Assembly: GCF_021028975.2 (NCBI RefSeq)
Contig: NC_059430.1
Span: 63,240,001 to 63,304,000, forward strand
Direction of reading: 5' to 3'
DNA: 64,000 nt
Origin: Sphaerodactylus townsendi
Lineage: Eukaryota
Shown: in pieces, positions 39,839 through 53,125 of the stretch
Layout of the letters: every line of letters begins with the position of its first letter
Numbering within the stretch: position 1 is the stretch's first letter
Notes under the pieces: model-generated
The model's database searches: none
The model's input: the letters and a program-made list of their open reading frames with translations, nothing else
What the model was told of the DNA's origin: nothing
Made by a program: the position numbers and the translations under genes

Positions 39839-41090
39839 TGTACTCTTGTGGATTACTAGCAACAGCTTCCCAGGATCTCAGATAGTTTTATCACCCACAA
39901 CCTGACCCTTTCAGCTTGACATGCCAAGGATTGGACAAGAGACATTAAGCAAGCAGAACAGGTGATGTATGACTGGTCCACAAGCCAGACAGTGCTGCAT
40001 GGCTGTTCTAGCTTGTACATTTTTGCTGCCATATTGAGTAAAGTGTGGAAGATTTCAGAGCATCTAGATAGGGCAATCCATTATCCAGCAAACTTGAAAC
40101 CAATTGTTTACTCTCAGTCTTTGGATCTTAGCTTAAAGAAACCATGCTTCTCAGGTGGAAAAGCAGTCTCCATTGAGCAATTATTTCATCATCCCATATA
40201 ACCTTGTGAATTCATTCCTGTTATTTTTTTCTTTACTTTCAAGTCAATACTATATCTGTCTCTTGCCCTCTCTCTGGAGGTGAAGTTTTGAGAGGAAATC
40301 TATTGCCACTGTAGGCTATAACTATGAGAAGGCTCACAGGGCATTGCTAATCCACAAATTCCATGTACATGCAAATAAGCAAGAACAAACAGCCTGCAGC
40401 TTTTATTAATATCTAGTGCAAGGCATGGGATCAGTTTGCTATAAACAAGGGCTTGTTCAAAAGTAACTGGAAATGAGGGTTATTAGTGTCAATCTCTCTG
40501 TTCTTTTTGTCATTTTAAAAACGAAGAAGAATAGATAAAATGCTGTGTTACCTTTTGAAGTCATTGATCTAGTTAACAAAGAAAAGGCAAGATAAGGTGG
40601 GGAAATATTAATGCAAATAATATACTGGATTTTGTAAAACTGTGTTTTATGGTGGAATGCTTTTACTGAAAATTCAACAGTTGCATGGAAGTTTTTAAAA
40701 ACAATGGCAATAAAAGGGCAGCGAATGTCTTCAGTTAGATTTTTAGAGGCAGCAATCCAGCTTCATAAGAATGGAAGAAATAGGATCTATTGTTTTTGAC
40801 TGATGAAATCTGAGCTACATCCTATTTTGTATATGAAAAAAGACGAGGAAGAAATCCAAGTTCAGTTTCAGGCATACCTTGAGAATAGAAACTGTTGGAA
40901 GTGGCATAGATGATTGTTTCAGTTCTTCATTTTCAGTAATGAGGTCTCTTTACTATCCTTGCTTGTCCACTAATGGTGTGCTAAAGACATGATCCTCACC
41001 AGAGTGCTCTGCAACACTCATTGCTATGCATGAAGGACCAGATGTAGTTGATTCTTATACTGCCTTTCAGCAATATCACTTCAACTCAGA

Positions 41091-41494
41091 GGCCCTTTCC
41101 GCACGGGCGGATTATGGTGCCCTGGGGACGGCAAAAACGCCGTCCCCAGGGAGCCATTCGCACAGGGGGCGCAGCTGCTTCGCAGCCGTGCCGCCCTCGC
41201 CCCGCCCGAGCGGCGCGAAGCCGCTGTTTCCCATGCAAACGGCAGCGGCTCCAAGGCGCCCTCCTCCCCTTCCGCCCTCTACCTACCGTGGCTGTCCAGC
41301 GAGTCGCCGAGGCCTGGGGACATGCCCCCCTGCCCTGCGACGCCGGAGCACACGGTAGGTCGGCCGGGCGACGGCGCTCCGCGGCGCCGTCTTCCCGGCT
41401 GTTTCTGGGACAGTTCATGTGAACGGTCCCAGGGGGGTTGGGTCGGCGTGGAATACGCCGACCCAACTCCCATCGTCGCCGTGCAGAAACGGCC
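41091..41494. mobile_element. CpG-rich PIF/Harbinger-like MITE
   Basis: TIR GGCCCTTTCCGCACGG / CCGTGCAGAAACGGCC, with a 3-bp TSD AGA. Confidence 0.85.
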
Positions 41495-43155
41495 AGAGAA
41501 ATGCTTTTCTTGGGAAGTAGTTCATCCATTTAGTGACTGGAAATCAAGAGCTCAAGAGCCAAGTGATAAAGTATTTAAGCACATGTCTGTCTGCAGAAGT
41601 CTTATACTCACATATCCTACAGAAAGAATGAAGAATCAAGTGAAGTATAAGCTATTGTGTATCAGTGCTCCTCAATCTTGTTCATTGCTGTTTGATGTCC
41701 TGAATCTAATTTATGCACATAAATAAAAAGGAAAGTCATATTTTATTCTATTTTCTATGTCTTAAGAAAAAAAGGTGTAGAATGTGTGTGTCCATCTGAT
41801 CCCCACTAGTGGTAGACTAGTGGTAGACATAGAAACACAAATAAAAGTATTGGAACTGAATAACATGAGCTTGACTTATGCATGGAAAATGGTCAGTCAG
41901 CAGTAGATTTTCCTGATTTTACCACAAGAGAACATATAACGTATTTATTGCTTACATTTCTGTGCTCATCTAGACACAGTCTGCTTAGCAGTTGACAAAC
42001 ATTACTGCCTACAGTAGAACATTTTAGGAGATGGTGTCCATTTAGTGGAATGGACTTCCGGATAGTATTCCAAGTTTTTCAGAGGTTCTGCAAAGCTGCA
42101 TTATTTAGAGGAGTCTTTTGAAAGAAATCTGCATGTGCCATCTTGTATTTTTCTTTTATCTGTTGCTTTTATTGATATTTTTGGTTATATCTTCATCTTA
42201 CTATTTAATTCCTTTTTGATTTTCCTTTTTTGTAATCCATTGTGAGACCTTGGAGAGAAAATCTCACTACATGTAACATAAAGAAATAAAAAGATGCTTG
42301 GACACATTCTGCAGGCATGACAAATTGTGGGAATGGAAACAATTGTATAGCAAACTATTTGTACATGCTTTTTTTTTTTACATGATTGGACTTCTTCATT
42401 CCTTTCAATGGAGTTATAGGCATGTTCTTTGCAAGTTGGCAACAGTGTGTGTAGCTTGTATCCAAACTCATTATATCCAAGAATGTTTTCTGCAGCCAGG
42501 AATCATTATGAAAACCAAGTATTCGTTCAAACAAAGCTTGCCATTAGTTGATTATGTGAATATTATTGGCCAATAATATGTGAGGTTCATTTTTATTGTT
42601 ATGATTAGATCTTTGATTACTTATGAATAGCATAGTTATAAATGAATTGTGTTGTTAAAATTTAAAAGATGCATTATCTGAACTATTTGCTTAGGGAAAA
42701 TGGACACTGGCATAATTTACTTATTTTAATATCCATTTGACACTCACAACATGGAGAGAAAGGCAGAGAGAGAATGAGCAGATGTCTCCTGTGCATTAGA
42801 AGCCACCATTCTTTTATTCTTTGTTTCTGTTTCATCATACTTCATTCTCCATTTGGAAAGAAAGGGAAGCTATAAATGCACAACTAAATAAATAAATAAT
42901 AAACCAAAATTGGCTGGTCTGGGCTTAGTGGTTGGAGACTAGATTTCATACATGTTAAGACAATTTAATCTCTGGGCCAGATAACTGAGACTTCTGGTTT
43001 TTTATGAGACTTTGCACATAATATTGTGACCATGTGTACACAGACAAACATATGGAATGAATAAAATAAATCTCAATGAATCATAATCCATTTGACATTA
43101 CACACACATTGAACCATTAGTGCTGGCAAGTATTTCAGAAACTTTACATGGAAAT

Positions 43156-43161
43156 TTTATT
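43156..43161 (-). promoter_or_regulatory. Candidate far-distal polyadenylation signal
   Basis: AATAAA on the minus strand with upstream AU-rich and UGUA motifs and a downstream TGTGTGTGT element. Confidence 0.3.
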
Positions 43162-43941
43162 GTCACTTGTATCAGTTTTTCTTATCATTTATATTTTTCT
43201 CATATTTCCATAAATATATATGGACTTTCTAGACATATTAGATGCTAATACAAGCCTGGAATAGGAATTAATGGGCAAGAAAGAATAAATATGTATTTAA
43301 ATACAACATAATACAGTGTGTATGCCTTCATACAATGTTAGTACACAGTATCATCAGCAAAAGTTTTGTCATATCAAAACAGTTTACTGAGGCAAGAAAG
43401 AGAAAAGTTTATTGACAGACTGATCATCTTTGGAACATGAGTAGCACCTCTAGCTAAAAAGTGATTGTCAGAAGTTACCTATCCAATATATTCAAGTAAA
43501 AAAAAATGTACTAGCAAATGAAAAGCAAAGGACAAAATATATTCTTTTTGTCAGCAAACATGGTTCCTGTGTCCCAGTTTTGCTTAGAAAATTTTCTGTG
43601 AAGAAATGCTTACAAAATAGGGAATAATGAGTCCAAGCATATTTTCATGTGTGACTTCAAAATTTCATTCAATGCCAACAGTTCAGGGAACTTTTGAACT
43701 CATTGGTGACTTCCGCACAGTAGAAATTAATTATCTTGGGGATGTTTTAAAAAGCATTTTGGGGGAGAAGTTCACACAGCTCTCTTCTCCAAAACCCGAG
43801 TTCTTAAAAAAATCACTGAACTAATCTTTTTTCCCCAGCTGAAGTTAAAGACATTTCCTGCCTGCTGAGTGAACAAAAGTAGAGAAGAAACACTTTATTT
43901 CTTCCACCCCTCTTACCTTCATTTTTACCCCTCGTGCCTGT

Positions 43942-44375
43942 CATTTTGTGTGCTGCACCAGAGATTCTCTGTGAAGGTTCCCAACAGAGGTTTCCTCTGC
44001 TTGCAGCTCATCCACACATGATTTCTGTGTAAAAAGTAGATGAAAAAAGTTTGCTTTGGCTAGCAATTCCACACATGTGTCTTTTTTCTGCTTCTTTCAT
44101 TTTAAGGGGGATGTCTGTGAAGCTACAGTGAAACGATTAGAGAAGTTGCAATATGTGCATATTTGTGTTGCTATAGCTTTGCAAGCATTCACCTCAGAAC
44201 AAAACAAAAAAGGGAAAACAATATGTGCATGGGATCACTAGGCAAAACAAACTTTATTCATTTACTTATTACATGAAAATCACGCATGGATGAGCTGCAA
44301 GCAGAGGAGACCTCTGTGGAAAACTTTCACCAAATGGTGGAGGAATAGAGAATCTTTGCCGCAGCACACAAAATG
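43942..44375. repeat. Degenerate long inverted repeat (fold-back, likely old MITE)
   Basis: 43942-44025 is reverse-complementary to 44275-44375, apart from an indel. Inner arms are more weakly paired around ~44155. Confidence 0.75.
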
Positions 44376-46184
44376 GTGGGCACAACTGTGAAACTGACAA
44401 GAGCTCTGGGCAGCAGGTGGGGAAAAAGATCTGTGTGCAAACCAAAAAAAGCCAAAACTGACCTTTTAGAAATGTCTGCAGGACATTTTATTTCTGTTGT
44501 GTGAAAATCACCATTGTGTCACTGGCAGAATTTCTGAACTTTGCTTTCAGGCAGATGCCCTTCTATATGCCACATGCCATGTTAGCATGGATTGTGTTTT
44601 CCAAAAAATCAAGTTTAAAATGTTATGAAAGACATTAGACAAAGCTACGCCTCTCTCAGAATTGTGTCAGTCTTCCTACTGACTTATTCATTCCAGGGGA
44701 AGGCAGCAAATCATCTGTATCAAATATCTGTATACAGATTTAGAAATGTTAAATGAAAAGTATGAAAATACACAATGCAATCATGCAACTTTAGTTTTGA
44801 CATTCTTAATATATCAACAGCCACAAACCCAATGCAGAATCAAATAGGCCACAGTAATTGAATTCATACTAAAGAATGCCATGGAACTGAGTGCAACTCA
44901 GTAGAATCCTCACATTACTCAATTTTTTATAGCTCAATTATCCTAGCTTAATTAATCCCTGCACGGAAGAGTCTGTATGAAACATCATGAAACATCATAA
45001 GGCTTTGTAATTTCCCTGTAACCTACTGGAATAATCCAGTTTTGTTAGTGTGGGATGATTCACACAACCACTTTGGAAGGCATACTACTTATTCCTCATA
45101 TCCTTGTTCTCAGACCTTGGGAAACGTAGAGGTCACAAAGCCATCCTCATGAAAACAGCTTGACTTGTGGGCAGAACTCATCAACACATGGGAACTGTGT
45201 GTCACTGTCTACTAAACTAAAATCTGGCTCTCAAGGTGACAAGGAGTGATGGTGGTGGAGAGCACCTGGATGACTGCTTTACCATGTTGGGGCACAGTCT
45301 TTACTGCCACAAATAGCCCCTTCCCACAAAGTTATTGCTTGAATCACCCCTGGTAGGCTCAACATTACTCTTTGGTACATCCAAAGTCCACTGTCACTAA
45401 ACAGCAACTGAGTTTTCTATCAACCTTCTCTGATTTCTTGATTTTAAGAGAGGAAGTGACTACATAATGCTAATGCTATCCTAAAATTTATCATCTTGCC
45501 TTTGTCTCCTTGTTTTGAGTATTTGAAGTCACACTCTTATTTGAAAGAACATTAAATTGACATGGAGAAACTCCTGCAGTGATGAACCCCTGTTTGTTGC
45601 AGACTGATTTATCTGTGGACAGTTCATTAGTACAGAGTGAGATACGAAAATTTTAGAATTAATGCGGTATACTTTTTAAAAAAGTTTTTCATTGTTGGTC
45701 TATGTACTAAAAATAGATACTGTAGGAGGCAGTGAAAGCTCCAGCACCAGTTGGCTGAGCTAATATGGATCATATGGAGTGTTCACAAATATTCAATGTT
45801 CTAAAGGAATAAAACTGACAGAATGACTACAAACTAATATATGTGAGGCAAAGGAAATAATTATCTTGGCTGTAGGTTCTATGACCAAGAAGAGCTTTCG
45901 AGGGCAAGGGCAAAGATTGAAGAGAAGAAAAACCTCATATCTCTTGAGATACACAACTGGTTGTAGAATTTGTTCTGTGTGCTCAACAGACTGCCTGAAG
46001 TTACTGCACTTCAATAAATAAGCAAACCACTGCTTGATTGTAAGGGCTCATTTTTAAAAAAATCAGAGCAATTAAGATCTTCTTGTGATGCCAAAAACCA
46101 GAGTAAACCATTGCCATTTAGAATATCGCTGAAGCCACCTAGCCTGACTATTAATATTGGCACAATTCAATCAAACTTGCAAAT

Positions 46185-46190
46185 TTTATT
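46185..46190 (-). promoter_or_regulatory. Candidate distal polyadenylation signal
   Basis: Minus strand reads TGTAACAAACAATAAA (UGUA just upstream of the hexamer), followed by GT-rich sequence. Confidence 0.3.
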
Positions 46191-49100
46191 GTTTGTTACA
46201 ATGAAAACTTTAAGGTGTCTAATGTTTTCCATTGATATTAATGTGCCTTCAAAGTGCTCAAGTTTGACTGATTTATGCACGCATAGTGGCAACAGCAATA
46301 TACTGTCATAGCTTAAATAATATGTAGGCTTGGTTCTCTAAAATCTAATATAGAACTTTCCCCCCTCAAAACACTATGGTTTACTCATAGTGCCAGCACT
46401 TTCAGTTACCATGGGTTTCCAAGCAAGATGAGATTTGCTCCCCATATGGGCAGGTTGTCTGGTTGTGTAATACTCTGGGTGCAAATTCAGCTTTAAAAGC
46501 ACCATAAATACAATTTGTTCAGAAAACAGCTACATAACAAGTATACACATTTGGAAAAAGGCAGTTTGTTATCCTATGACACCAGTTAAAATATGCAGTG
46601 ATATTTCAAGTGACACTGAATAGGTTAGGCAGAGTAGGACTGCTGGGTCATAAAATATTACATGTTTGCTTTTGATAGATATCTAACAGAAGGCTAGAAG
46701 CAAAACAGTAAAGTATTCAACTGCAGAAAAAGTTTTTTTCTCCTCATCTACTACAAATACATTTTATTTACCAAACACAATAAAACATTCCAAACAGATA
46801 TGAATAATGAAAATTACATTCTGATAAAGGAAGGCTTAAAAGCAGCTTTCATTCTTTTGGACTGAAGATTTGTTCAGGTATTTTTACTTTGTTAGAATAG
46901 GCATTTACATTCATGTTTAAGATCTTTATTACCTACATATTCCAGCTAAACTATATATATGAGCTGGGATCCAGAGACATAATATTTGGGCCTGGAAGAA
47001 ATTGCCCAAAGTGTTTGAATTTTGCTTGCTGGTTTGGTCATTGACATTCCCGCTGCTGAAGTGATAATCGCCTTTACCAGTGCAATCCCAAGTCCAGTTA
47101 TACTCTTCTACATCCACTGAAGTCAATGCACTGGGATGAAATTCTGTTTAGGATTGCACTGTACAAAAAGTGGAATAGTGGCTTTTCTCTATACCAGTAG
47201 GAACTGCAGTGCCAAAAAATAGCAAGCATAGTTAGAATTGTGCTGGAATTTATTTTTGGATCCCACCCTTTGTGCGTAACTTTAGATGCTGGATTATTTG
47301 GTTGCCATACTTTGTTTATATTTGTTCTTTGTCCTTTGTTACCCTTAAGGACTGGATCATGGATTAAAAACAGTGGATTTATTGAAGTCCATTTCTATTT
47401 CAACGTGACTATTTTTTGTATCATCCATACAAAGGAGAAGCTACTCAACAGCAGCATAGCACAACATTTGTGCACCTAAAACCTCAGCTTCCTCCATAAA
47501 TATCTTCCAATCAGGGACTTTTTCCCCTGGAAACCTAAGAAACACTTCTACTTGTCTTTGGGAAGGTGTATGAGTTGTAGTAATTTAAGAGCAGCCCTGC
47601 TGGATCAGTCTATCTAGTTTAGTTTTATACAGTGGTCGGCCAGATGTTTCCAGAGGTCTTATAATCAGGGCACAGAGATCAAGACCTTACCTCAGCACTT
47701 GTATTTAGAGGTTCTGAAATTGGAGTTTTCATTTAGTTATTGAGCCACTGGATGATGAACCTCACCTTCATGAATTTGTCTAATCTCCTTTTAAAGTCAC
47801 ATAAGTGTGGCTATCACTTCATCCAATGACAGTGAATTGTGCTCACTAACATACTACCTCTTAAGCAGAACCTTAATAGATCTCTTCAGCTGATGCAGAA
47901 GTGGTACAAACAATGAGGGGAAGTGAGACAAGTACACTGCCTTTCCCACTTATGAATGATTGTTGCAATATGAGTATAGCGCCTAGGTATGTACAAACTG
48001 TTTGTGTGTAGGCTTCATTTTCATGAGTGGTAATATACAAAGCAGCCACACATTTAAATCAGAAGGCTGACTTTTTATGCAGAATACAAAATGACTACAT
48101 ATTATGGGTGGGTGAAAATTGTATTACCATACAATTTGTATCTTAAAAAATATGTATATTTTATAGGAGAGTAAGTAATATTTTATACCAGAGAGGGGGG
48201 GGGGGGCACTTTTCTATAACATGACCACCACCAAAACACACAAAGACCCAGGAAATCAGATTGGTACAATTATCACATTTGTCTGGACTCACTTTTTCTC
48301 ATCCTTATTTGCCTAACTGGGCTGTTGTGGACATCAAAGGGAGGAGAGAATAACCACATATGCTACCCTGGACTCCTTGGAGGAAAAGCAGGATAAAAAT
48401 ACAGAAAGGAATATGAAGAGCTGGGTATTGTTGCCAGGGGAGGCAGAAGCGGGGATATTACCTCCTCCCTCTTTTGAATTCATCAACTTGAATAAGTCTT
48501 TCAACCTAAATGATTTTTACTGTCTTTTTTAAAGCAAATGTAAAATTTATGGACAATAGAAACAGGACACAGATCTGAAAAGAAACCTCAAGCATGTCTA
48601 CTAGAAATGAGTCCCATTTTATTCAATGGGGTTTCGCTCCAAGAAAGGACTAATTTAAGATGCAGATGTGGTCATCTTTCAATACCGAAGTCAAAGGAAC
48701 AAATACATGTGATGCTCAAATAATATATAGAACTAGCTACATTGTCATTGATTTGGAGGATGAACTTCATCTTTCCAGTCACAAAATATTGAAACCTGAG
48801 TGCCAGGAAAATCTAGTATCCAAGAGAAAAGCTACCTTGAAGAAAGGATCCTGCAACACTAAGGAACTATGAATTTACTGCACAATAAACTGATTGCTTC
48901 AGAAAATGCCAATTACTCTAGTGTGTGAGCACTATGCCATGTTGATTGCACTGGAAAAACTGTTTGGTATATGTGATTACAAGGATTTAAATCTTATATC
49001 AAAACCTTGAAAAGAGCAAGGAAACCCTGGCAGGGAATAAAAGCCATACAGAAAGGAATATGAAGAGCTGGGTAGTGTTGCCAGGGGAGGCAGAAGCAGT

Positions 49101-50223
49101 GATATTACCTCCCCTCTTTTTTGAATTCATCAAGAATGGGATAAATAAGAAAAAAATGCTTACAACAGGTCATGAGTGGTGGCTGTATAGACTCTGCCTG
49201 CGTGAACATAACAAAATCCATCTGATTCCAAGGATGGAAGTAACTAGAAACTAGATGAACCAAAGATGAAACTCTGCAAGTTCAAAAATACCGGTATTCA
49301 GAATTTGAGTTTGCTTCATACATGACTCACATTTACTGAAAATAAGAAAATATATGGGCACAGTGGATTGCTGTTCACTTTGGATGATTTTAGTTCAGGA
49401 TCTAACAGCTGTTCAGAATTCTATCATGTGCAGATGAGTATTCTAGTAATATTCTACTATTTATTTTACATTGTTTCTTAATGGAGCAGACCACCTTACA
49501 AAATATATTTCTTAAAAAGGCTAGGTTCTCCAGGTTCTGTAGACCTTATCTTTGTAGTCAGAGCTATAATTCTCCCTTCTTGATCTGTCATGTTAAATGT
49601 CATATTGTTCCAGATAGATCTACAGATAGTCAACTGATGTAAACATTCTGGAGAAGGGAAGTTGATAATAATAGTTTTGTTTAGCTCACTTCTTTCACAG
49701 TAGACTTGAACCAGCCACGACATATGCTTAGATATGGCAAGCAGAGTTAGATGAATTAAAAATAGTGATGAGTTACATATGTCACATAAAAAATCCAAGT
49801 TGGATAAGCAAATGGAAAGGTGGGGTAAGCAGTGGCTGGCTTGGATCTTAGTGTCACCACTTGTGTCATAGTGTCATCAGTCTATCATTTAACTTCTATG
49901 AAGTAACATAAATAACCTACCATATACACAGCAGTTGAAAAGAAAAAATAAAGCCTCATCTTCACCTGAGAAGATAATATAATTCTTTTTTCTCACACAG
50001 AATGCTAAGCACAGGAAAAAAAACCCATTGTATATGGGAGCAATGTGACAGTGGAGGAAAAGCCCATCCATAAGTTTTGATAAAAGGTAATCTGGACTGT
50101 CCCAGCTTTTGGTTAGAAGGTAGTATAAGGGGCATTATATTTTTAATCTCTTCTTCAGCACTCACCCCATCTGTTAATAAGTTTATTTCTAGTATGGGCA
50201 ACTGACTAAGGGTTGATGCTTGG

Positions 50224-50434
50224 GAGCCAGCATGATGTAGTGGTTTAGAGCAGGTGGATTCTGATCTGGAGAACTAGCCTGATAGTTAGGCTAGTCACAG
50301 TTCTCCCCGAACTCTCTCAGCTCCACCTACCTCACAAGATGTCAGATGTGGGGAGAGGAATGGAAGGAATTTGTGAGCCACTTTGAGACTCCCTAAGATT
50401 GGAAAAAAGTGGGATATAAATCCAAACTCTTCTT
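50224..50434 (+). mobile_element. MIR/Ther1-like squamate SINE (Squam3-like)
   Basis: Head AGCCAGCATGATGTAGTGGTTTAGAGC, core CACCTACCTCACAAG, and tail ending ATAAATCCAAACTCTTCTT. Confidence 0.7.
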
Positions 50435-51102
50435 TTAAAAGGAGATCTGTTGAAGTCAACTTATAACAGTTCTTTCCCATAGACTGCAAAGTTGGACTGA
50501 TAGAAAGTCTGTCCACAAAGGTGCTTGGAAAGGAGAAGTCATGTAAAACTGAGTTTAGAAATGCAAGGTGGGATGATACTTTCTTTAGGAAGGCCCACAA
50601 ATGCTTCAACTCCATTGGAATGTTCTGTATGGCCAGGGCTGATCACTTTCTGCAGTGATGCTATGCATTATCAATACCAGAATTGTGGGCAATTGATCAG
50701 ACAGTTGGCTTAATTTAAATTTCCAGCTTGACAACAAAGCTCCCCCAACCTTCAAATGACTGAGTGTGACCCACAGAAGCAGAAAGACTGGGTTGAATTT
50801 AAAACTTCAGACTCTGGTCTAGCGTTTCTCAAAATGGGGTCTGGGGACCCTGGGTGTCTGTGACGCTATTCTAGGGATTCCTGTCCTGTGTAAGGAAGGA
50901 AGGAGATTCCTTCTTGTACCCACATGGCTAAAATTGAACTTTCTGAGCCATAATAAATAGTTTTCACTTTCATACTGGAAAGTTTTTGGGGGGTTGCTGG
51001 TCTGTTTCTGTACCTGCGAGGAGCTCTGAAAGTTGTTCTGGCTCCTTCAGACCCTTGTTTTGCTAGTCGTTATCTACATTATTGGGGAGGGGAAAAGTGG
51101 AA

Positions 51103-51290
51103 TGGTATAGACTGATCTCATCAAATTCTAGAAGCTAAGCAGGGTTGGAACTTGGAAGGAAAACCAGAAGGAAGACTCTGCAGAGGAAGGCAATAGCAAA
51201 TAATCTCTGCCTATTCACTTGCTTTGAAAGCCCCTTGCTGAGGTTACCTTAAGTCAATTGTGACCAGACAGCACTTTACACACACAAACA
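51103..51290 (+). mobile_element. 5S rRNA-headed SINE with Sauria-like tail
   Basis: CTGATCTCATC..AGAAGCTAAGCAGGGT resembles the 5S internal promoter region, followed by GGCAATAGCAAA...(CA)n. It appears nested in an old hAT-like relic (~50820-51640). Confidence 0.6.
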
Positions 51291-51822
51291 TCTACGTTAT
51301 TAGTCAATAAGCTGTTTCTTACTGTGTTTACATATTGGCCCTGTCAATCAAGGGATTAGACAGGTTAGAATTTGGATCATAGTCTTTGAAGTTTTGCCTT
51401 ACAGAATCAGTCACTTTGAACTCAGACACAAACTTACTTTTACAGTGTAGATTATATGATTCTACTGTTTTGATGTGATAGGACAGAAGTTTTCACAGGG
51501 CCTGCACAGGTCACTGTGCTCACTTTGAAAAACAACTGTGCAGAACATGACAGGTTCTTGTGAGGGAAAAGCATGAGAGCCAGCAAAGAGATGTTTATCA
51601 TAATGGGGTCCCTTGGATTTCTAAAGTTTGAAAACCACTATTGTAGTAGATGTTCTGATTCTAAAGAAACTTACAGCTAACCTTTTAATTCAGGAAACAC
51701 CAAATAATGGGTTAAAAGAAGCCACCAAAGTCATTTTATCTAGTGCTCAGTCAGTCTATGCATATCTGTACACCTGTGGTCCATAACTCTGAAGCATCAG
51801 ATGGTAGAAAATGTATTAGAGT

Positions 51823-52312
51823 TGCGGATTCCACATAGGCCCTACACAGTGGTGTTGGTAAAAACACCATTGTGGGGGAGGATTTCGCACAGCTGCTGCT
51901 GGAGCAAAGCTGCAACGTCCTATTTCCCCCACAATAGTGTTTTCATGACTCATTAAACGAGAAATTCTTTTAGAAAGCGCCAGTGTGCAGCGGGTGCCAT
52001 GCCAACTGCAGGGCTTGCGTACCTCTTCTCTTTCCGCTTCCCATCTGTGCAGCCATGCAGATACAGGGGTTGTTATCTGGGTCCCACGAGATGTCAGCGT
52101 GGCCGTTGGGGTTCATGGGTCCATTCCTGCGTGGCTACACAGGACTCGACAGGCAACAAGGAAAAAACCGCTGGGCCCCATCCGAAGGCCCACGACCCAG
52201 CTGGTTTGCATGCTGGCCACCAGGCGCCTAGCCATGCAATCACCCCCTGGGCACCTGTGTTTCTATTTATGACGACTGCACACCACTGTATATGGACCAT
52301 GCAGAATCCACC
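51823..52312. mobile_element. MITE with ~30-bp imperfect TIRs
   Basis: GCGGATTCCACATAGGCCCTACACAGTGGTG versus CACCACTGTATATGGACCATGCAGAATCCAC. Confidence 0.65.
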
Positions 52313-52544
52313 AATGTCAGTAAGAAAATAGCTCTTCCCCAAGAACTGAAAAGATGGTAAGGTAACGGAACATGTTCTACTGTAAGCTTTAACAATTAGA
52401 AAACATGAAGAGGTTTCAAACAGATTTGGAGTTAGGCAAGATGATTTCAAAAGTTATTCTCACATCCTAAACATATGTGCCAGTACATCTATGATTCTGT
52501 ACTAATGCAACAGCTGATGTGCACATTCTGTGTTCACAGATTAG

Positions 52545-52700
52545 CAACAGAGTAGATGTTTTGCAAGCACAGCATCCCAGGTTTGCTCCCAGCCATCTCT
52601 AGTTAAAGGAATCTCTGCCTGAGACCTTGGAGAGCCAATCGGTGCAGGCAATTCTGAGTGAGATGGACCATTAGTCTGACTTGGCAGAAGGCAGCTTATC
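52545..52700 (+). mobile_element. Degenerate tRNA-derived SINE
   Basis: Similar to 39483-39838 (CTCTGCCTGAGACCTTGGAGAGC, GATGGACCA..GTCTGA..AGGCAGCTT). Confidence 0.55.
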
Positions 52701-53119
52701 ATTTGCTTGCCAGCAAGAATCAGGCCATAAATGTTTAAATTTCTAATCAATTAAGCAGTGGGAAATAACTTGTGATTCACCGTCATAAAAATATCAATTG
52801 TATTCAACCATAAAATCCACTACTCCTGGTTTCTAGCTTCATTGTCCACATATAAAATTTTATCAGAAGAGATATTCCTTTTTGATCTACTGAAAATGCA
52901 CTATAAACATTCATTCAATTTTGGGGGAGGATTTACTCAGATCACTGTTACCAATTGCTCCACTTTTTACTTTCATATTGAACTCCAACACATTTCATTC
53001 TATATGTCAAAAATACACATGTGAAGAAGTCAAATACGCATTAGTGATATCCTGAGGATTAGGACTGTTGTCTTTCTTTACCAGACAAGTGCTTTTAAAA
53101 AAAACTAGAAAGCAAGACT

Positions 53120-53125
53120 TTTATT
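53120..53125 (-). promoter_or_regulatory. Candidate proximal polyadenylation signal (AATAAA) of SLC16A7
   Basis: AATAAA on the minus strand about 560 nt after the stop codon, followed by a U-rich tract (TTTCTAGTTTTTTTT). Confidence 0.4.

Noticed and set aside
41026-41726. GC-rich ORFs suggesting a first exon
   Set aside because: The GC-rich part is exactly delimited by TIRs and a TSD, with no protein similarity.
51103-51160. 5S rRNA gene
   Set aside because: Only a degenerate partial head followed by a SINE body. The tRNA-like heads at 3370, 39483 and 52545 are likewise SINEs, not tRNA genes.
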